Virus record (IMG/VR): IMGVR_UViG_3300023194_000002
Span: 1 to 64,000 of that record
Direction: 5' to 3' (one strand)
DNA length: 64,000 nucleotides
From: a virus
Lineage: Duplodnaviria > Caudoviricetes
The position numbers were made by a program, and so were the translations under genes. The notes beneath the pieces were generated by a model. The model was not told the origin of the DNA and searched no databases. It saw only the letters and a list, made by a program, of their open reading frames with translations. The stretch's first letter is position 1. Each line of letters starts with the position of its first letter. Positions 8,666 to 19,286 of the stretch are shown here, in pieces.

Positions 8666-10485
8666 GCTCTCCGATCAAGCTCCGCGAAACTGTGGAGTAC
8701 ACGGAGTTAGACGGCCGGATCGACGAGCTTGAAGCTGGCGGAGGAGGCGGCGGCGGGACTTCGGGCGTTGCGGTGGCCGATGACAGTGGCCTAACGGTCG
8801 ACGTCGACGAAGAGTCAGGCGTCGCGACGCTGGGCACCACGCGCGGAACATCCACCGCGGCGCAGATTCCAGCGGGCAATCATGGGCACACTCCTGCATC
8901 GATTGGCGCGGCTGCAGCCTCGCATACGCACGCGCAGGCCGATGTTGTGGGACTCGTGGATTGGCTCGCCACGCTCGGCATGCCGATCAAGAAGCCTGCA
9001 GACGATTTCCCCGACGGCCCGCCGGCATCAGGTGCGGCGGTGCTTGGGCGCAGATACCTGGTGAGCGGTGGTTCTGGTGGCAGCGCCACCGGTCCATGGC
9101 TAGGTCAATCAGGAAAGATCGCTACATGCACTGACGTCGCAGAAAATACTTACTCTTTTGAAGAGTGTGAGATTGGGGCTCTGGTCATGATCCCGTCTTG
9201 GTGGCAGGCGTTTTGGAAAGCCGACAGCTTGACGTGGAACGCCCTGGAAACGCCTCCCTTTGCGCACGCACCGTCTCATGCATCCGACGGTTCTGACCCC
9301 ATTGCGCCTGAGAGCATCGGCGCGGCTGCGGCAAGCCATGAGCATGAGATCGCGGACGTTGACGGGCTGCAAACGGCGCTGGACGCGAAAGCGGCAACGA
9401 CTCACGCAGCGTTACATGCGACTGGACAGTCAGACGCGATCACGCCCGCAAGCATCGGAGCCGCTGCATCGTCACACACGCACGTTCTGGCAAACATCAC
9501 AGACGCCGCTGCAGCGCTCGCGGGAAAACTGAGCGCCGAGGCTGACGACTACAGCGCAAAAGCGGCTCCTATTGGGGCCGACCACGTCGTCGGCTTCGAC
9601 TCTTCGGCCGCTGATACGGCGGTCAAGATTCCTGTTAGCACGCTGTTAGGGGGCGGCGGCGGAAGTGTTATACATCCGTTACCATCACTATTTACCGCGC
9701 CCCCGTCACCTTCCGAGGTCGATGACGAATTTGATTACGACATCAATCCAGCGTTAGATCTACTAACGCGCGGGTGGAGCGGCTACGCGGGTTCTGTTGA
9801 TAACATCACTCGTGCGGGCGAAGTCGACCTTTCGCGCGACATCAGCAATGCTACAGTTGCGAACGCGGGCACGTACTGGTCGTCCTGGCTGACGATCGGC
9901 GGCAAAAAGCACTTTTGCATTCAGTGCTTGTCCCCGAACGTGCTGATCAGCAAGGCTATGACCGGGGAACTCGCGGGGGATTATGTCTACGCCGCGAGCT
10001 TTGTGCCCGCGTTGAACGCGGGCACCGTACAAGGCACAACCCACGGGCTGTACATCTGCGATAACATCAACTGGAACAGTACATCCAGATACGTTCGCGT
10101 GGGCCGCGGAAGCCTAACCGCGGCAGCGCGAGATATGGTGCTCGCGTACAGTAACCTGGGGTCGGGCGCGAACCTTGTCACAAGCGGTGTGACGGGTGCT
10201 GCGCTACCGCAGAGCGCATCATGCTATCTGCTACGTATCGAGACCAATGGCAGCAACGTTGTGTCGCGGTACACGTTCGGCATTATGGATCTGCCCTATG
10301 GTGCCACTGGGCAGATAACCCGGACAGCAGAGGCCTCGACGCTCACAGTCGACACGTCCTCTTGGTTCACGACCACGCGTCGTGCCGGTTTTGTTTGGCC
10401 GGGCGATGGCGTTGACGGTCGCAAAGGTTTTGCGATTTTACATTTCTTCCGGAAGCTGCCGTTATACACCTTCAAAACGTGGTGA
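8662..10485 (+). CDS. Fibre protein with three His-containing repeats and DUF2793-like segment
   Basis: Three SIGAAA(A/S)SHxH repeats, Gly linkers, beta-rich C-terminal knob. Confidence 0.7.
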   Translation: MSSPIKLRETVEYTELDGRIDELEAGGGGGGGTSGVAVADDSGLTVDVDEESGVATLGTTRGTSTAAQIPAGNHGHTPASIGAAAASHTHAQADVVGLVDWLATLGMPIKKPADDFPDGPPASGAAVLGRRYLVSGGSGGSATGPWLGQSGKIATCTDVAENTYSFEECEIGALVMIPSWWQAFWKADSLTWNALETPPFAHAPSHASDGSDPIAPESIGAAAASHEHEIADVDGLQTALDAKAATTHAALHATGQSDAITPASIGAAASSHTHVLANITDAAAALAGKLSAEADDYSAKAAPIGADHVVGFDSSAADTAVKIPVSTLLGGGGGSVIHPLPSLFTAPPSPSEVDDEFDYDINPALDLLTRGWSGYAGSVDNITRAGEVDLSRDISNATVANAGTYWSSWLTIGGKKHFCIQCLSPNVLISKAMTGELAGDYVYAASFVPALNAGTVQGTTHGLYICDNINWNSTSRYVRVGRGSLTAAARDMVLAYSNLGSGANLVTSGVTGAALPQSASCYLLRIETNGSNVVSRYTFGIMDLPYGATGQITRTAEASTLTVDTSSWFTTTRRAGFVWPGDGVDGRKGFAILHFFRKLPLYTFKTW

Positions 10486-10494
10486 GGTCAGACT

Positions 10495-10920
10495 GTGCCA
10501 ACGCGACAAGACTTGTTAGACCAATTTGGTATTGATAGCTTTCAAAACGTGGACCTGCGACGCGTGAGCTTTCAAGGCGTTGCTCTTCAAAACGAGAACT
10601 TCTCAGGTTCGACGTTTTATGACTGCGACTTCAGCAGCTGCAATCTCAACGGCGCCAGCTTCGACGACTGCGACATGCTGAGGTGCAACTTCGATCATTG
10701 CACGTGGGTCGGCACGTCGTTTACCAATGTCGACTGGCCGCGAAGCACAGCTAATGACTGTGACTTCCGGGGGGCCGAACACCCGTACGGCACGAGTTTT
10801 ATCGGCATCGCTGTGTGGGGATCGCAGTTTGACCAGCAGCTCTATGACGACCCCAATTATCTAGGCTTCGCTGGAGCCGAAATGGGCGGTGCTGTGTTTA
10901 CGTGGAACTATGGACTCTGA
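10495..10920 (+). CDS. Pentapeptide-repeat protein
   Basis: FSGSTFYDCDFSSCNLNGASFDDCDMLRCNFDHC periodicity. Confidence 0.8.
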   Translation: MPTRQDLLDQFGIDSFQNVDLRRVSFQGVALQNENFSGSTFYDCDFSSCNLNGASFDDCDMLRCNFDHCTWVGTSFTNVDWPRSTANDCDFRGAEHPYGTSFIGIAVWGSQFDQQLYDDPNYLGFAGAEMGGAVFTWNYGL

Positions 10921-11087
10921 TCCGCAGACGCGGTGGTGCTATTGATGGCAGAACTAGAGCTAACAAACACCTCGATCACGCAACAGCTCGCGGATAGTCG
11001 CGTACGTTGCCATCTGCCACGTTGTACGAAGCGCTGATGACAGCGGTGGCGACCGACACGCCCGAATGATTCGCGACGGGAAAAGCC

Positions 11088-13997
11088 ATGTCGAAGAAAC
11101 TGCGAGATACGGTTGAATGGGCCGAGGTTGACGAGCGGCTGGATACGATCGAGGCTGGCGGGGGTGGTGGCGGCAGCGGCACGGTGCTAACCACGGCTTC
11201 GTTTGCAGCGTTGCGCGCTGCTGATCGCGGAGCTCTGACGACAGCGGTTATTAGCAGTGTCACGGGCGGCTTGTTTCGTTGGACGTCAGACACCACATCT
11301 GCAGACGACAACGGCACCATCGTTGTTCCATCGGCCACGCCACGCACGGGTGCATGGAAGCGCGCATCAGATGGAGCCGTCAACGTGCGCTGGTTTGGTG
11401 CGACCGGCGACGGTTCAACTGACGACAGAGCGGCGATCCAGGCGGTGATCGATGTGTTCACTGCTTCGACATTAACTGTTCCTCTTGGTGGCGTTGGCGC
11501 ACGCACGATCTACTTCCCCAACGGTACCTATATGATTTCGTCCGCTCTCGTGATCAAGAGCGGACATCAGCTCATTGGCGAGGGCCAATCGGCGGTCATC
11601 AAGGCGACGTCAGGATTTTCAGACACAGCGCTGGTCAAGATCGCGGGAAGTACGGGAGTTTCATCGGGGTACGCGCAACAGTTCATGGTGCGCGACCTGG
11701 GGTTTCATGACGCTTCCAAGAATATCTATGCCGTCAAGGTGAACGACGGTGTAGCTGCCATCAACGCGAAGATTGAGAACCTGCAATTCAACACCGGCTA
11801 TGGCCTCGACCTCGGCGGCTATGCACAGGGATGTGAGGTCACGCGGCTATTTAGCTATGGTGCATGCAACCAGATCATTGCGATTGCGGGTAATCACAAC
11901 CGGGTATCGTGGATCGATAAGGAATCTGGCACAGGAACCGATGCCGTTCCGTATGCGCACTTCAAGCCACACTCCGATTCGTCGCAGTCTGGAGAGCTTT
12001 TCATTGAAGGCATCTTGATTGAGGGCACTGGAAACGCGGCCAAGGTCCCTATACGTATCGAGTCTTTTGATGCCGTTGTGATCGTCAACTGCTGGTGCGA
12101 AAACACGCCAACGAATGGGCATGCGATCGAGATTGTGGGCTGTGGCGTGGTGAAGTTTTTGAATCAGCCCACGCACGTCTTCTCTCCCAGCAAGCTGTAT
12201 ATACGGACAACTACACTTGTGGATCTGGATACGTTTGCGATCTCATCCGAAGATGTATCGTTGTCTTCTGTAGTGGATATAGATGATGTATCTCAGTTGC
12301 GGATCGGCACTCTATACACGCGCCGAAACGGCGATCTCCTGCCGATCGTGCAGAGCAAAAACATAAGCATCGACCGATCATTCACTCAAACAGCGGTGGC
12401 TACGGGCCATCTAGCGGTAGCCCAGGATGTGAAGGACCGCGGGCAGGAAAACTTCCTCCAAAACGGAAGTTTTGAAGCGGGCTCCTATGGGTGGCAGTTC
12501 GTTGGAACGGTTTCATCGTCAGCGTTCGTTCAGTCGAGATTCGGGCGCGGTCTGATGGCCAGGTACCAGTTCAATACTGGTGCCGCGCAGATCTATCAGG
12601 TCGTGGCTATTCCCGCGGAACTGGTTGGACGACGTTTCGCGTTTCGCATCGCCATTAACATGGATGCTCCGGCCTACGCGACGGCGATCACCAACGGCGC
12701 AGGCGTAAGCAACGATTCTTCTAACTATCTAGCGCACGGTGGTATCCCCCAGGTTTTGACGTCTACGTTCATCCCAACAGCCGCGGGTAACATTTCCATC
12801 GGCGTATATGTTGTAGGGATGACGGCCAATACGACTAATGTCGAGTTGGACAACGCCGTGCTCAGCTGCGGCAGTGAGACCATGGCGACGTTTTCAGCGC
12901 CGTCGATGGATCTTGGCGGGCAAACCATCGTCGTGTCTGCGACAGTCCCCACGTCGGGCACGTGGAAGGTTGGCGATCGAGTCTACTACACGACGCCCAC
13001 TGCTGCAGGCCATGTTGGCGCGGTATGTGTTACGGCGGGTACTCCCGGCACATGGAGCGAGTTTGGAAGACAAATTTCTCTAGGCACTGGCGCGTCAGAT
13101 GCGTGTGCTGGCAATGATGCTCGCCTTTCGGATGATCGCGTCGCCTCAGGAATTAGAACCGCAACGACAGTGGTATCCGCAAGCGGTTCAGCGGCGCCCT
13201 CCGCTGGACAGGTGCTCGTGGCAACCGGACCAACGGGCGTTACCTGGCAAACGCTATCGGGTGATGGCATCGCTTCCAGTGGTTACAGCGCTTCAGACAT
13301 CATTAAAGCCACGGTCGTACAACCAAATGGCGCGATCGCGCTAGAGTGGCCGCGTTACATTGGCCGTGACGCGGTCTCATACGCGACTACGCCGCCAGCA
13401 ACACCATCCCTGTATGACATGCACATGGTGCTTACCGGGGCAACCGGGGCATGGAATGGTTGGGGCGGATCCCTCGCACTCTGCACCGATACGGTCGGGC
13501 CTGTTTGGCAACGCATCCAGGTGCCCACCGGTACATACTGCAAAGTCGGAAATGGTATCTACGTTTGCAGCGGAACAACGTGGACAACGCTGATTGCTGC
13601 GTCCAACCCGGCGAACGGTATTTCCGTGATCGCTCAGTCGTCAGGTCAATACCTGCTGCAGGGCACGAATGGACCGCGTTTTGACTTCGAATTTGCTGAA
13701 TCCGAGGTATCTGTTACGAAGCGTAGACTCTCCCTGAGGGCGGGCAGTATCGCAGCGGCTTTATCGGGATCATATGGATGGGCTAGCGCAGTGACCGGCG
13801 CCAGCCGGGTCTTCAGCGTGCAGAAGAACGGATCGGCTGTCGGAACGGTTACGATCGCATCCGGAGCGCAGGTTGCTACGCTCGCCGCGGCGTCGGCGAC
13901 CACAATAGCGATAGGCGACAGGGTAGAGCTCGTGAGTCCCGCTGCGCTGGATGCCGGCGTGACCTATTACTTCGCGATCAACAGCACCACGACCTAA
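11088..13997 (+). CDS. Tailspike/depolymerase-like protein (pectate-lyase-3 beta-helix, CBM-like domain)
   Basis: VNVRWFGATGDGSTDDRAAIQAVID, TIYFPNGTY, NFLQNGSFEAG. Confidence 0.8.
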   Translation: MSKKLRDTVEWAEVDERLDTIEAGGGGGGSGTVLTTASFAALRAADRGALTTAVISSVTGGLFRWTSDTTSADDNGTIVVPSATPRTGAWKRASDGAVNVRWFGATGDGSTDDRAAIQAVIDVFTASTLTVPLGGVGARTIYFPNGTYMISSALVIKSGHQLIGEGQSAVIKATSGFSDTALVKIAGSTGVSSGYAQQFMVRDLGFHDASKNIYAVKVNDGVAAINAKIENLQFNTGYGLDLGGYAQGCEVTRLFSYGACNQIIAIAGNHNRVSWIDKESGTGTDAVPYAHFKPHSDSSQSGELFIEGILIEGTGNAAKVPIRIESFDAVVIVNCWCENTPTNGHAIEIVGCGVVKFLNQPTHVFSPSKLYIRTTTLVDLDTFAISSEDVSLSSVVDIDDVSQLRIGTLYTRRNGDLLPIVQSKNISIDRSFTQTAVATGHLAVAQDVKDRGQENFLQNGSFEAGSYGWQFVGTVSSSAFVQSRFGRGLMARYQFNTGAAQIYQVVAIPAELVGRRFAFRIAINMDAPAYATAITNGAGVSNDSSNYLAHGGIPQVLTSTFIPTAAGNISIGVYVVGMTANTTNVELDNAVLSCGSETMATFSAPSMDLGGQTIVVSATVPTSGTWKVGDRVYYTTPTAAGHVGAVCVTAGTPGTWSEFGRQISLGTGASDACAGNDARLSDDRVASGIRTATTVVSASGSAAPSAGQVLVATGPTGVTWQTLSGDGIASSGYSASDIIKATVVQPNGAIALEWPRYIGRDAVSYATTPPATPSLYDMHMVLTGATGAWNGWGGSLALCTDTVGPVWQRIQVPTGTYCKVGNGIYVCSGTTWTTLIAASNPANGISVIAQSSGQYLLQGTNGPRFDFEFAESEVSVTKRRLSLRAGSIAAALSGSYGWASAVTGASRVFSVQKNGSAVGTVTIASGAQVATLAAASATTIAIGDRVELVSPAALDAGVTYYFAINSTTT

Positions 13998-14159
13998 TTT
14001 GAACGGGGCTTGGTCCTCGTATAAAAATAATATTCAGCAGCTGCCACGCGTCTAAATATCCACGCATCAGCCTGCCGAATCTACCGTTGACACTGGGGGT
14101 GACTGCGGATACCAGCCGCAGCATTCCGCCGTGGAGTGCATTTGCCATGAGGCTTAGAC

Positions 14160-15557
14160 TTGGCCGACGCACTCCGGAAAGTCCTAAAAATCACCGCGTC
14201 TGTGAGCGACGGTGCGGTAGGCGAAAAGGGATTCAACGTCCCGATGTTCGCCTGCCACCACACGCTGAGCACGGCGCGAGTAATCACGATTTCAGACCCT
14301 GACGCGCTGCTGGCCGCACCCTATTCGTTGACGCCAGCCAGCCCGAATTACCATGTTTACCTGGGCGCGAGCGCGTTTTTCCGCGGACGAGATACCAAGA
14401 TCTCGACGCTGAAGATCGGACGTCGCGCGGGCGCTGCTACGCAGATTTACTCGCTCACCCCCAGCGCTCCGTCTGTGGCAGGCGGCGATGTCTACAGCTT
14501 CAAGATCAACGGGATCACGGTCTCCTACACGAGTGCAGCATCGGACACGGTGGCGATCGTATGCACTGCGCTAGCTGCTATCGCGGTGACCGGATACACG
14601 CTCGCGGTGTCGTCCGGTAAGGTGACGGTCACTTCGACTGTCCCCGGGCGTCGCCAGGACATCACCGAGAAGACGTCGAACCTCGCCAAGAAAGAGACGA
14701 CTGTCGAGCCGGCAACTACGCTCGCGCAGGACCTGTCTGCGATCTACGACGTGGACAAGGACTGGACTGTCTTCTCGATCGACTCTGCAGGCGCCGCGGA
14801 AGTGCTTGCCGCTGAGGCCTGGTGCGCGACGCACGAGACCGCGCTGGTGGCCACGGTTAGCGACGACGAAATCATTGACCCTGCCATCACGACTGACATC
14901 GGGAGCGCCTCAAAAGCAGCATCTTACGCCAACAGCATGCTGATCTACCACGAGGCTCCATACACCGAGTGGGCCGCTGCGACGTGGATCGGGGAATGCG
15001 TCTCGGACGAACCAGGCACGGTCAACTGGGCGCACAAAACGCTGCAGGGCGTGACTGTCAGCAATCTGACTGACACCGCAATGGACACGCTGATCAGCAA
15101 TACCGGCACTGCGAAGAACGTCAACTTCTACGTCGACATCGGTGGTAGTGGCTCGACGTTTGACGCACGCTCTCCGAGCTGGCGCTACTTCGACATCACC
15201 ATGTCTCTGTATTGGCTGCTCGCGCAGCTCCGACAGGACATGCTGTCGATCCTCAAGTCCACGCGCCGCATTCCGTACGACGAGAGTGGTCGCAGTCTGC
15301 TGGAGTCTGTGTGCTGGAACGTGATTGAGCGCGCGCAGCGTCCGACGCGCAATATCATCAGCACCGAGCTCGACGAGAATGGCAAGCGCACGTGGGGTGT
15401 ATCGCTGCCTGCGTTGAGCGAAATCTCTTCGGTGACACGTCGCAACCGCGTTTTCCCAGACATTCAGCTCTGGGGGATCATCTCGGGTGCCGTCAATTCC
15501 ATGGAAATGAAGCTGAGCCTAGCGGTCGCGCAGTCGATCTCCGCTCAGGAGTCCTGA
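14160..15557 (+). CDS. Contractile tail sheath (DUF3383-like)
   Basis: 465 aa; WAHKTLQGVT, IPYDESG, SGAVNSMEM; precedes tube. Confidence 0.85.
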   Translation: MADALRKVLKITASVSDGAVGEKGFNVPMFACHHTLSTARVITISDPDALLAAPYSLTPASPNYHVYLGASAFFRGRDTKISTLKIGRRAGAATQIYSLTPSAPSVAGGDVYSFKINGITVSYTSAASDTVAIVCTALAAIAVTGYTLAVSSGKVTVTSTVPGRRQDITEKTSNLAKKETTVEPATTLAQDLSAIYDVDKDWTVFSIDSAGAAEVLAAEAWCATHETALVATVSDDEIIDPAITTDIGSASKAASYANSMLIYHEAPYTEWAAATWIGECVSDEPGTVNWAHKTLQGVTVSNLTDTAMDTLISNTGTAKNVNFYVDIGGSGSTFDARSPSWRYFDITMSLYWLLAQLRQDMLSILKSTRRIPYDESGRSLLESVCWNVIERAQRPTRNIISTELDENGKRTWGVSLPALSEISSVTRRNRVFPDIQLWGIISGAVNSMEMKLSLAVAQSISAQES

Positions 15558-15584
15558 CAGTCAGATGGAGCTGGGAGCTAGCAT

Positions 15585-16043
15585 ATGAGCACTATCATCT
15601 CGCAGGGCTGGGCGTTCTCGGACGTCGACTTTATTTACAATGGCAAGAACCTCTCGAAGCTTGCAGGCTGGGCTGGCGACAAGGCGATTACCATCGCTCC
15701 CGCTCGCACATTTGCGAGCGTGAACGGGCCTGACGGCGCGCGCGTGCGGCATCTGACGGGCGACTTCTCCGCGCACGTCAGCATCACGATTTTTAACACC
15801 AGCCCCATCAACGACTATTTGATGACGCAGTTGGTGATCGACGTTAACACGCCCAGCGTCGTTGTCGCCGGGGCGCTGAACATCAAGGACCACTACGGGA
15901 CGTTCTTGCTGAACAGTCAGGCATGGCTCGACGGTGCGCCTGCTGACTTCGGCTTTGGCGCTGCGCCGCAGGTTGTGACCTGGGCGTGGGATTGCACAAA
16001 CGGTACTGCTACCTCGTTCTATGGAGGCCGTGCGGCGATATGA
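15585..16043 (+). CDS. Tail tube protein
   Basis: 152 aa after sheath; SITIFNTSPINDYL, WAWDC. Confidence 0.75.
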   Translation: MSTIISQGWAFSDVDFIYNGKNLSKLAGWAGDKAITIAPARTFASVNGPDGARVRHLTGDFSAHVSITIFNTSPINDYLMTQLVIDVNTPSVVVAGALNIKDHYGTFLLNSQAWLDGAPADFGFGAAPQVVTWAWDCTNGTATSFYGGRAAI

Positions 16044-16582
16044 GTAATACGTTGGAAGCCCGTGAGTCTGTCATCGACGGCATCACTTACCGCGTGAAGC
16101 TTTTTTCAACGTCGCAGGCGTTGGACGAATACGCGCGGTGGGTGAAGATGTTTGGCCCATCGTTCGCGCGAGCCATCGGCGGCATTGGCAGGGGGGCTCC
16201 GCTCGGCAATCTGTTGAGCGCGCTGTCGGTTGGTGGTGAGATGGCTGCGCTTGAGTTCTTCGATAGGCTCGCGAGCGCCGAGCTGAAGAGCATGATCAAA
16301 GCGCTCGCCGCAAACACGGTCATCATCGAAAAGGCCGGACAGAAAGAGCCAGAACTCGAGCGCGTATTCGATCAGCACTTCGCAGGCAAGCTGCATAAGC
16401 GGCTATTCCCGTGGGTGCTGTTCGCGTTGCAGGCGAATTATGCTGATTTTTTAGATGGTCAGAGTGGCGGCAGCGTCGCCACTCAGGTCGTGAACCAGCT
16501 CCTATCTCTATACGAATCCCTGAAGCCCTCCGCTGGGAAATCTGGCGAGTCGCCAACTCCGGGCGATTCTCCAGCTCCCTGA
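16040..16582 (+). CDS. Tail assembly chaperone (G-like)
   Basis: ATG overlaps tube stop (ATGA); lies between tube and tape measure; ANYADFL slippery context. Confidence 0.8.
   Translation: MSNTLEARESVIDGITYRVKLFSTSQALDEYARWVKMFGPSFARAIGGIGRGAPLGNLLSALSVGGEMAALEFFDRLASAELKSMIKALAANTVIIEKAGQKEPELERVFDQHFAGKLHKRLFPWVLFALQANYADFLDGQSGGSVATQVVNQLLSLYESLKPSAGKSGESPTPGDSPAP
16447..16453 (+). promoter_or_regulatory. -1 ribosomal frameshift slippery heptamer T TTT TTA
   Basis: X XXY YYZ in frame with chaperone; -1 frame has TGA at 16444-16446 immediately before. Confidence 0.8.
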
Positions 16583-16722
16583 TCGAGATCAAACACCAGT
16601 GGACACTCAACGACTTGGCCGAGGCGCACGTGATGCTCGATCTACAGGAGGAGTTAGACCGTAAGGCTGCGGAGCATGTGCGCGAACAGCAGCGCATAGC
16701 CGAACTGCAAAGGCGGCGGTAA
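16447..16722 (+). CDS. Frameshift extension of tail chaperone (T-like, -1 frame); absent from ORF track
   Basis: -1 frame open from 16447 to TAA 16720-16722: ...IPEALRWEIWRVANSG...WTLNDLAEAHVMLDLQEE; stop overlaps TMP ATG. Confidence 0.8.
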   Translation, partial: FFRWSEWRQRRHSGREPAPISIRIPEALRWEIWRVANSGRFSSSLIEIKHQWTLNDLAEAHVMLDLQEELDRKAAEHVREQQRIAELQRRR

Positions 16723-19286
16723 TGAGCGTTGTTGCTGAACTGATCGCGAAACTTGGCTTCGCTGTAGACCAAGGCACCGTTGCGCGCGCTGAACAAGCGT
16801 TGAAGCGCATCGGTGAAGAGTCCAAAGGTCTAGAGTCGAAGTCTTCGACGATCACGCCAAAGGTCGACACACACCAGGCCGAGAACAAGCTGGCGAAGCT
16901 CGCGGAGGGCTTCGAGAAGCTGATGCAGTTCGCCGGCGGTATAGGCCTTGCCGAAGTCGGGCGCCAGCTGCTGGAAATGGGCAACGCGGCCAACGAGACG
17001 CAGGACACGCTGCGCGATCTGTTCGGCGCGGACGGGGCCGCGCGTGTCAACGCGTGGGCGGATCAGTTCGCGAGCGCCGCGGGTCAGTCACGCTTTCAGA
17101 TGCGCAAGTTCGCCGAGGATCTCGGCGTGCTGTTAGAGCCAGCGCTCGGTCATAACTCTGCGGCTGCAGAGAATATGTCCGAGAAGCTGGTCGAGGTCGC
17201 AGTCAACCTCGGCGCGATGAAGAACATCAAGCCTGAGCAGGCTGTCGACGATATGCGTTCGGCACTCGCTGGCAGCACTGAGGTGTTGGCGAAATACGGC
17301 ATCCGTTTGCAGGAGAACGTGCTCAAGGAAAAGGCCAGGAAACAAGGCCTTTCTGACACGATTTCAGAGCTCACGCAGACGCAGAAGACTCAGCTCATCT
17401 ACAACACGATCCTAGAGCAGTCGGCCAAGCATATGGGTCGAGCTGCGGCCGAGTCGCACGAGTTTGGAGGCGCGTCTGTAGCGCTTCAAGGCAGGCTCCA
17501 TGACCTCGGCGTGACGCTGGGCCAATCAGTCATAGGTCCGGCAACGCAGTTCCTGAACTGGGCAAACAGTGCTGTTGTTGGGCTGCAGGATCTGGTCGAG
17601 CATACAGACGGCGCTGAGTCAGCGATGTATGCCTTGGCGATAGCTGCCGCTGCACTGGCCGCACCGATGCTCGCGTCATTTGCTGTGCCTGCTGCAGCCG
17701 CAGCTGCGCTGGTGCTCGCCATCAGCGAGATTCACACCACGCTTGCCGGCGGCGACTCGTACATTCGTGATTGGCTGAATGAGCTGTATGGCGTCGAGGG
17801 CGCGCAGCGTGTGATCGACGAGTTCGACGAAGCGCTGAAAGGCGCAGTCGGTACCACCAAGGATTTACTGACCAGCGCGCATGAGCTGCATGAAGGGCTC
17901 AAGCCGCTGCTCGAAGTGCTGAGCGCGATCGCTAAAGTCGTAGGCTCTGTCACGGGAACCGTGTTCGGAGGCATCTACCGATTTGCGGGCCAGCTGGGCC
18001 TGTCTGCGACAAGCGCGGATGAGCGAGATCGAGATGCACGCATCCCGCAGCTGCAACAGGAGATTGAGCGCACGGAGCAAAGTCTAGACCGTGGCGAGAT
18101 CGCTCCTCAGGACCGCAAGCGCGTCGAGTTGGAGCAGGCTGCGCGACGACGTGAGCTCACGCAGTTGGAGACGGCGCGCGATGAGCAAATTGACTTGGCT
18201 CCGGGCGCCGAGCTCGCCAAAGCGCGTGAGCGGCGTCGGCGCAACATCGAGCAGTTCGGCAATGCGTACGGCGTAGACCTGCCGTCAGCGCGCGCGCAGC
18301 AGGCCACTAACGAGAGCGTGCCCGTAGCGCTGCGAGCTGCTAACGCGCCGTCAGCGCCCGCCGCGAGGCCGTCCATCATGCTGACGCCCGATGAGGTTAA
18401 TCAGCGTGAGAATCAGCGCGCACGCGTCGCGTCGACAGAACATGGTCAGGTCGCAACCCCGCTCGACGACAGCCGTGTGGCTGCTACGCAGGCGGGCGCT
18501 GTTGGTGCGTCGTCTGAGGACGCTTTCCGGCGCGCGAGAGCGGACTATGAGAGGTCGCACAGAGCGGTCCCAGCGCAACCTGCGGCGCTGGCACCAGAAG
18601 CGCAGTTGGCACAGCTAACGTCAACGCAGCCCGCGCTACCAGAGACGCTGGAGCAGCGTCCGCAGCCAGCTCCTACTGTGGTGGTCGAGCCTGCTCCGGC
18701 TGCTCCAGCAAACGTCGCGCCGTCCATCGAGGTCGCCGCGCCGCAGCTCCCTACCGCTCAGCAGCCTGATCAGCCTTTGCAGCTCACAGCGGCGCCGAGC
18801 CCTGCGCCCATCGTTGAAGTAGCGTTGCAAGCGCCGCAGGCCGCGCCAGCGCCATCTATAGAGCGCCCTCAGCTGCAGCCGCTACAATTGGAGCAGCCGC
18901 AGAAGCTTGAGCAACCCACGCAGCTGTCGGCTGCGCCTGCGCCGGCCGAGCAGCTCCCACGCCTAACGCCTTCGCTCGCTACCGCGGACTCGCAGCTCCA
19001 ATCCCCTGCAGTGCTGCAGCCCGCTGTGGCACCGCTGCTCGATCGGCAGATGACCGCATCGCCGCTCGTGCTCGCACAGGCCTCGGCGACTGCAGAGACG
19101 GCAGGCGCGACATCAGGCGCCGCAGCAGGCACGCAGGACGCCGCCCCCGTCATCAACCAGACGAACACGATCAACGTTAGCACCAGCCAAAACGCGGATG
19201 AGATCGCGCGCGTCGCACGCCAGGTGATGGACGACAACGCGCGTCAGATTGGCGCGAACCTCCCACGCAGAGGCGCGCCGCGATGA
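16722..19286 (+). CDS. Tape measure protein with Pro/Ala/Gln-rich C-terminal third
   Basis: Helical Ala-rich protein, ELIAKLGFAVD N-terminus, after chaperones. Confidence 0.85.
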   Translation: MSVVAELIAKLGFAVDQGTVARAEQALKRIGEESKGLESKSSTITPKVDTHQAENKLAKLAEGFEKLMQFAGGIGLAEVGRQLLEMGNAANETQDTLRDLFGADGAARVNAWADQFASAAGQSRFQMRKFAEDLGVLLEPALGHNSAAAENMSEKLVEVAVNLGAMKNIKPEQAVDDMRSALAGSTEVLAKYGIRLQENVLKEKARKQGLSDTISELTQTQKTQLIYNTILEQSAKHMGRAAAESHEFGGASVALQGRLHDLGVTLGQSVIGPATQFLNWANSAVVGLQDLVEHTDGAESAMYALAIAAAALAAPMLASFAVPAAAAAALVLAISEIHTTLAGGDSYIRDWLNELYGVEGAQRVIDEFDEALKGAVGTTKDLLTSAHELHEGLKPLLEVLSAIAKVVGSVTGTVFGGIYRFAGQLGLSATSADERDRDARIPQLQQEIERTEQSLDRGEIAPQDRKRVELEQAARRRELTQLETARDEQIDLAPGAELAKARERRRRNIEQFGNAYGVDLPSARAQQATNESVPVALRAANAPSAPAARPSIMLTPDEVNQRENQRARVASTEHGQVATPLDDSRVAATQAGAVGASSEDAFRRARADYERSHRAVPAQPAALAPEAQLAQLTSTQPALPETLEQRPQPAPTVVVEPAPAAPANVAPSIEVAAPQLPTAQQPDQPLQLTAAPSPAPIVEVALQAPQAAPAPSIERPQLQPLQLEQPQKLEQPTQLSAAPAPAEQLPRLTPSLATADSQLQSPAVLQPAVAPLLDRQMTASPLVLAQASATAETAGATSGAAAGTQDAAPVINQTNTINVSTSQNADEIARVARQVMDDNARQIGANLPRRGAPR

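Noticed and set aside
16535-16541. GGGAAAT as the chaperone slippery site
   Set aside because: Wrong phase for tandem -1 slippage; T TTT TTA at 16447 fits exactly
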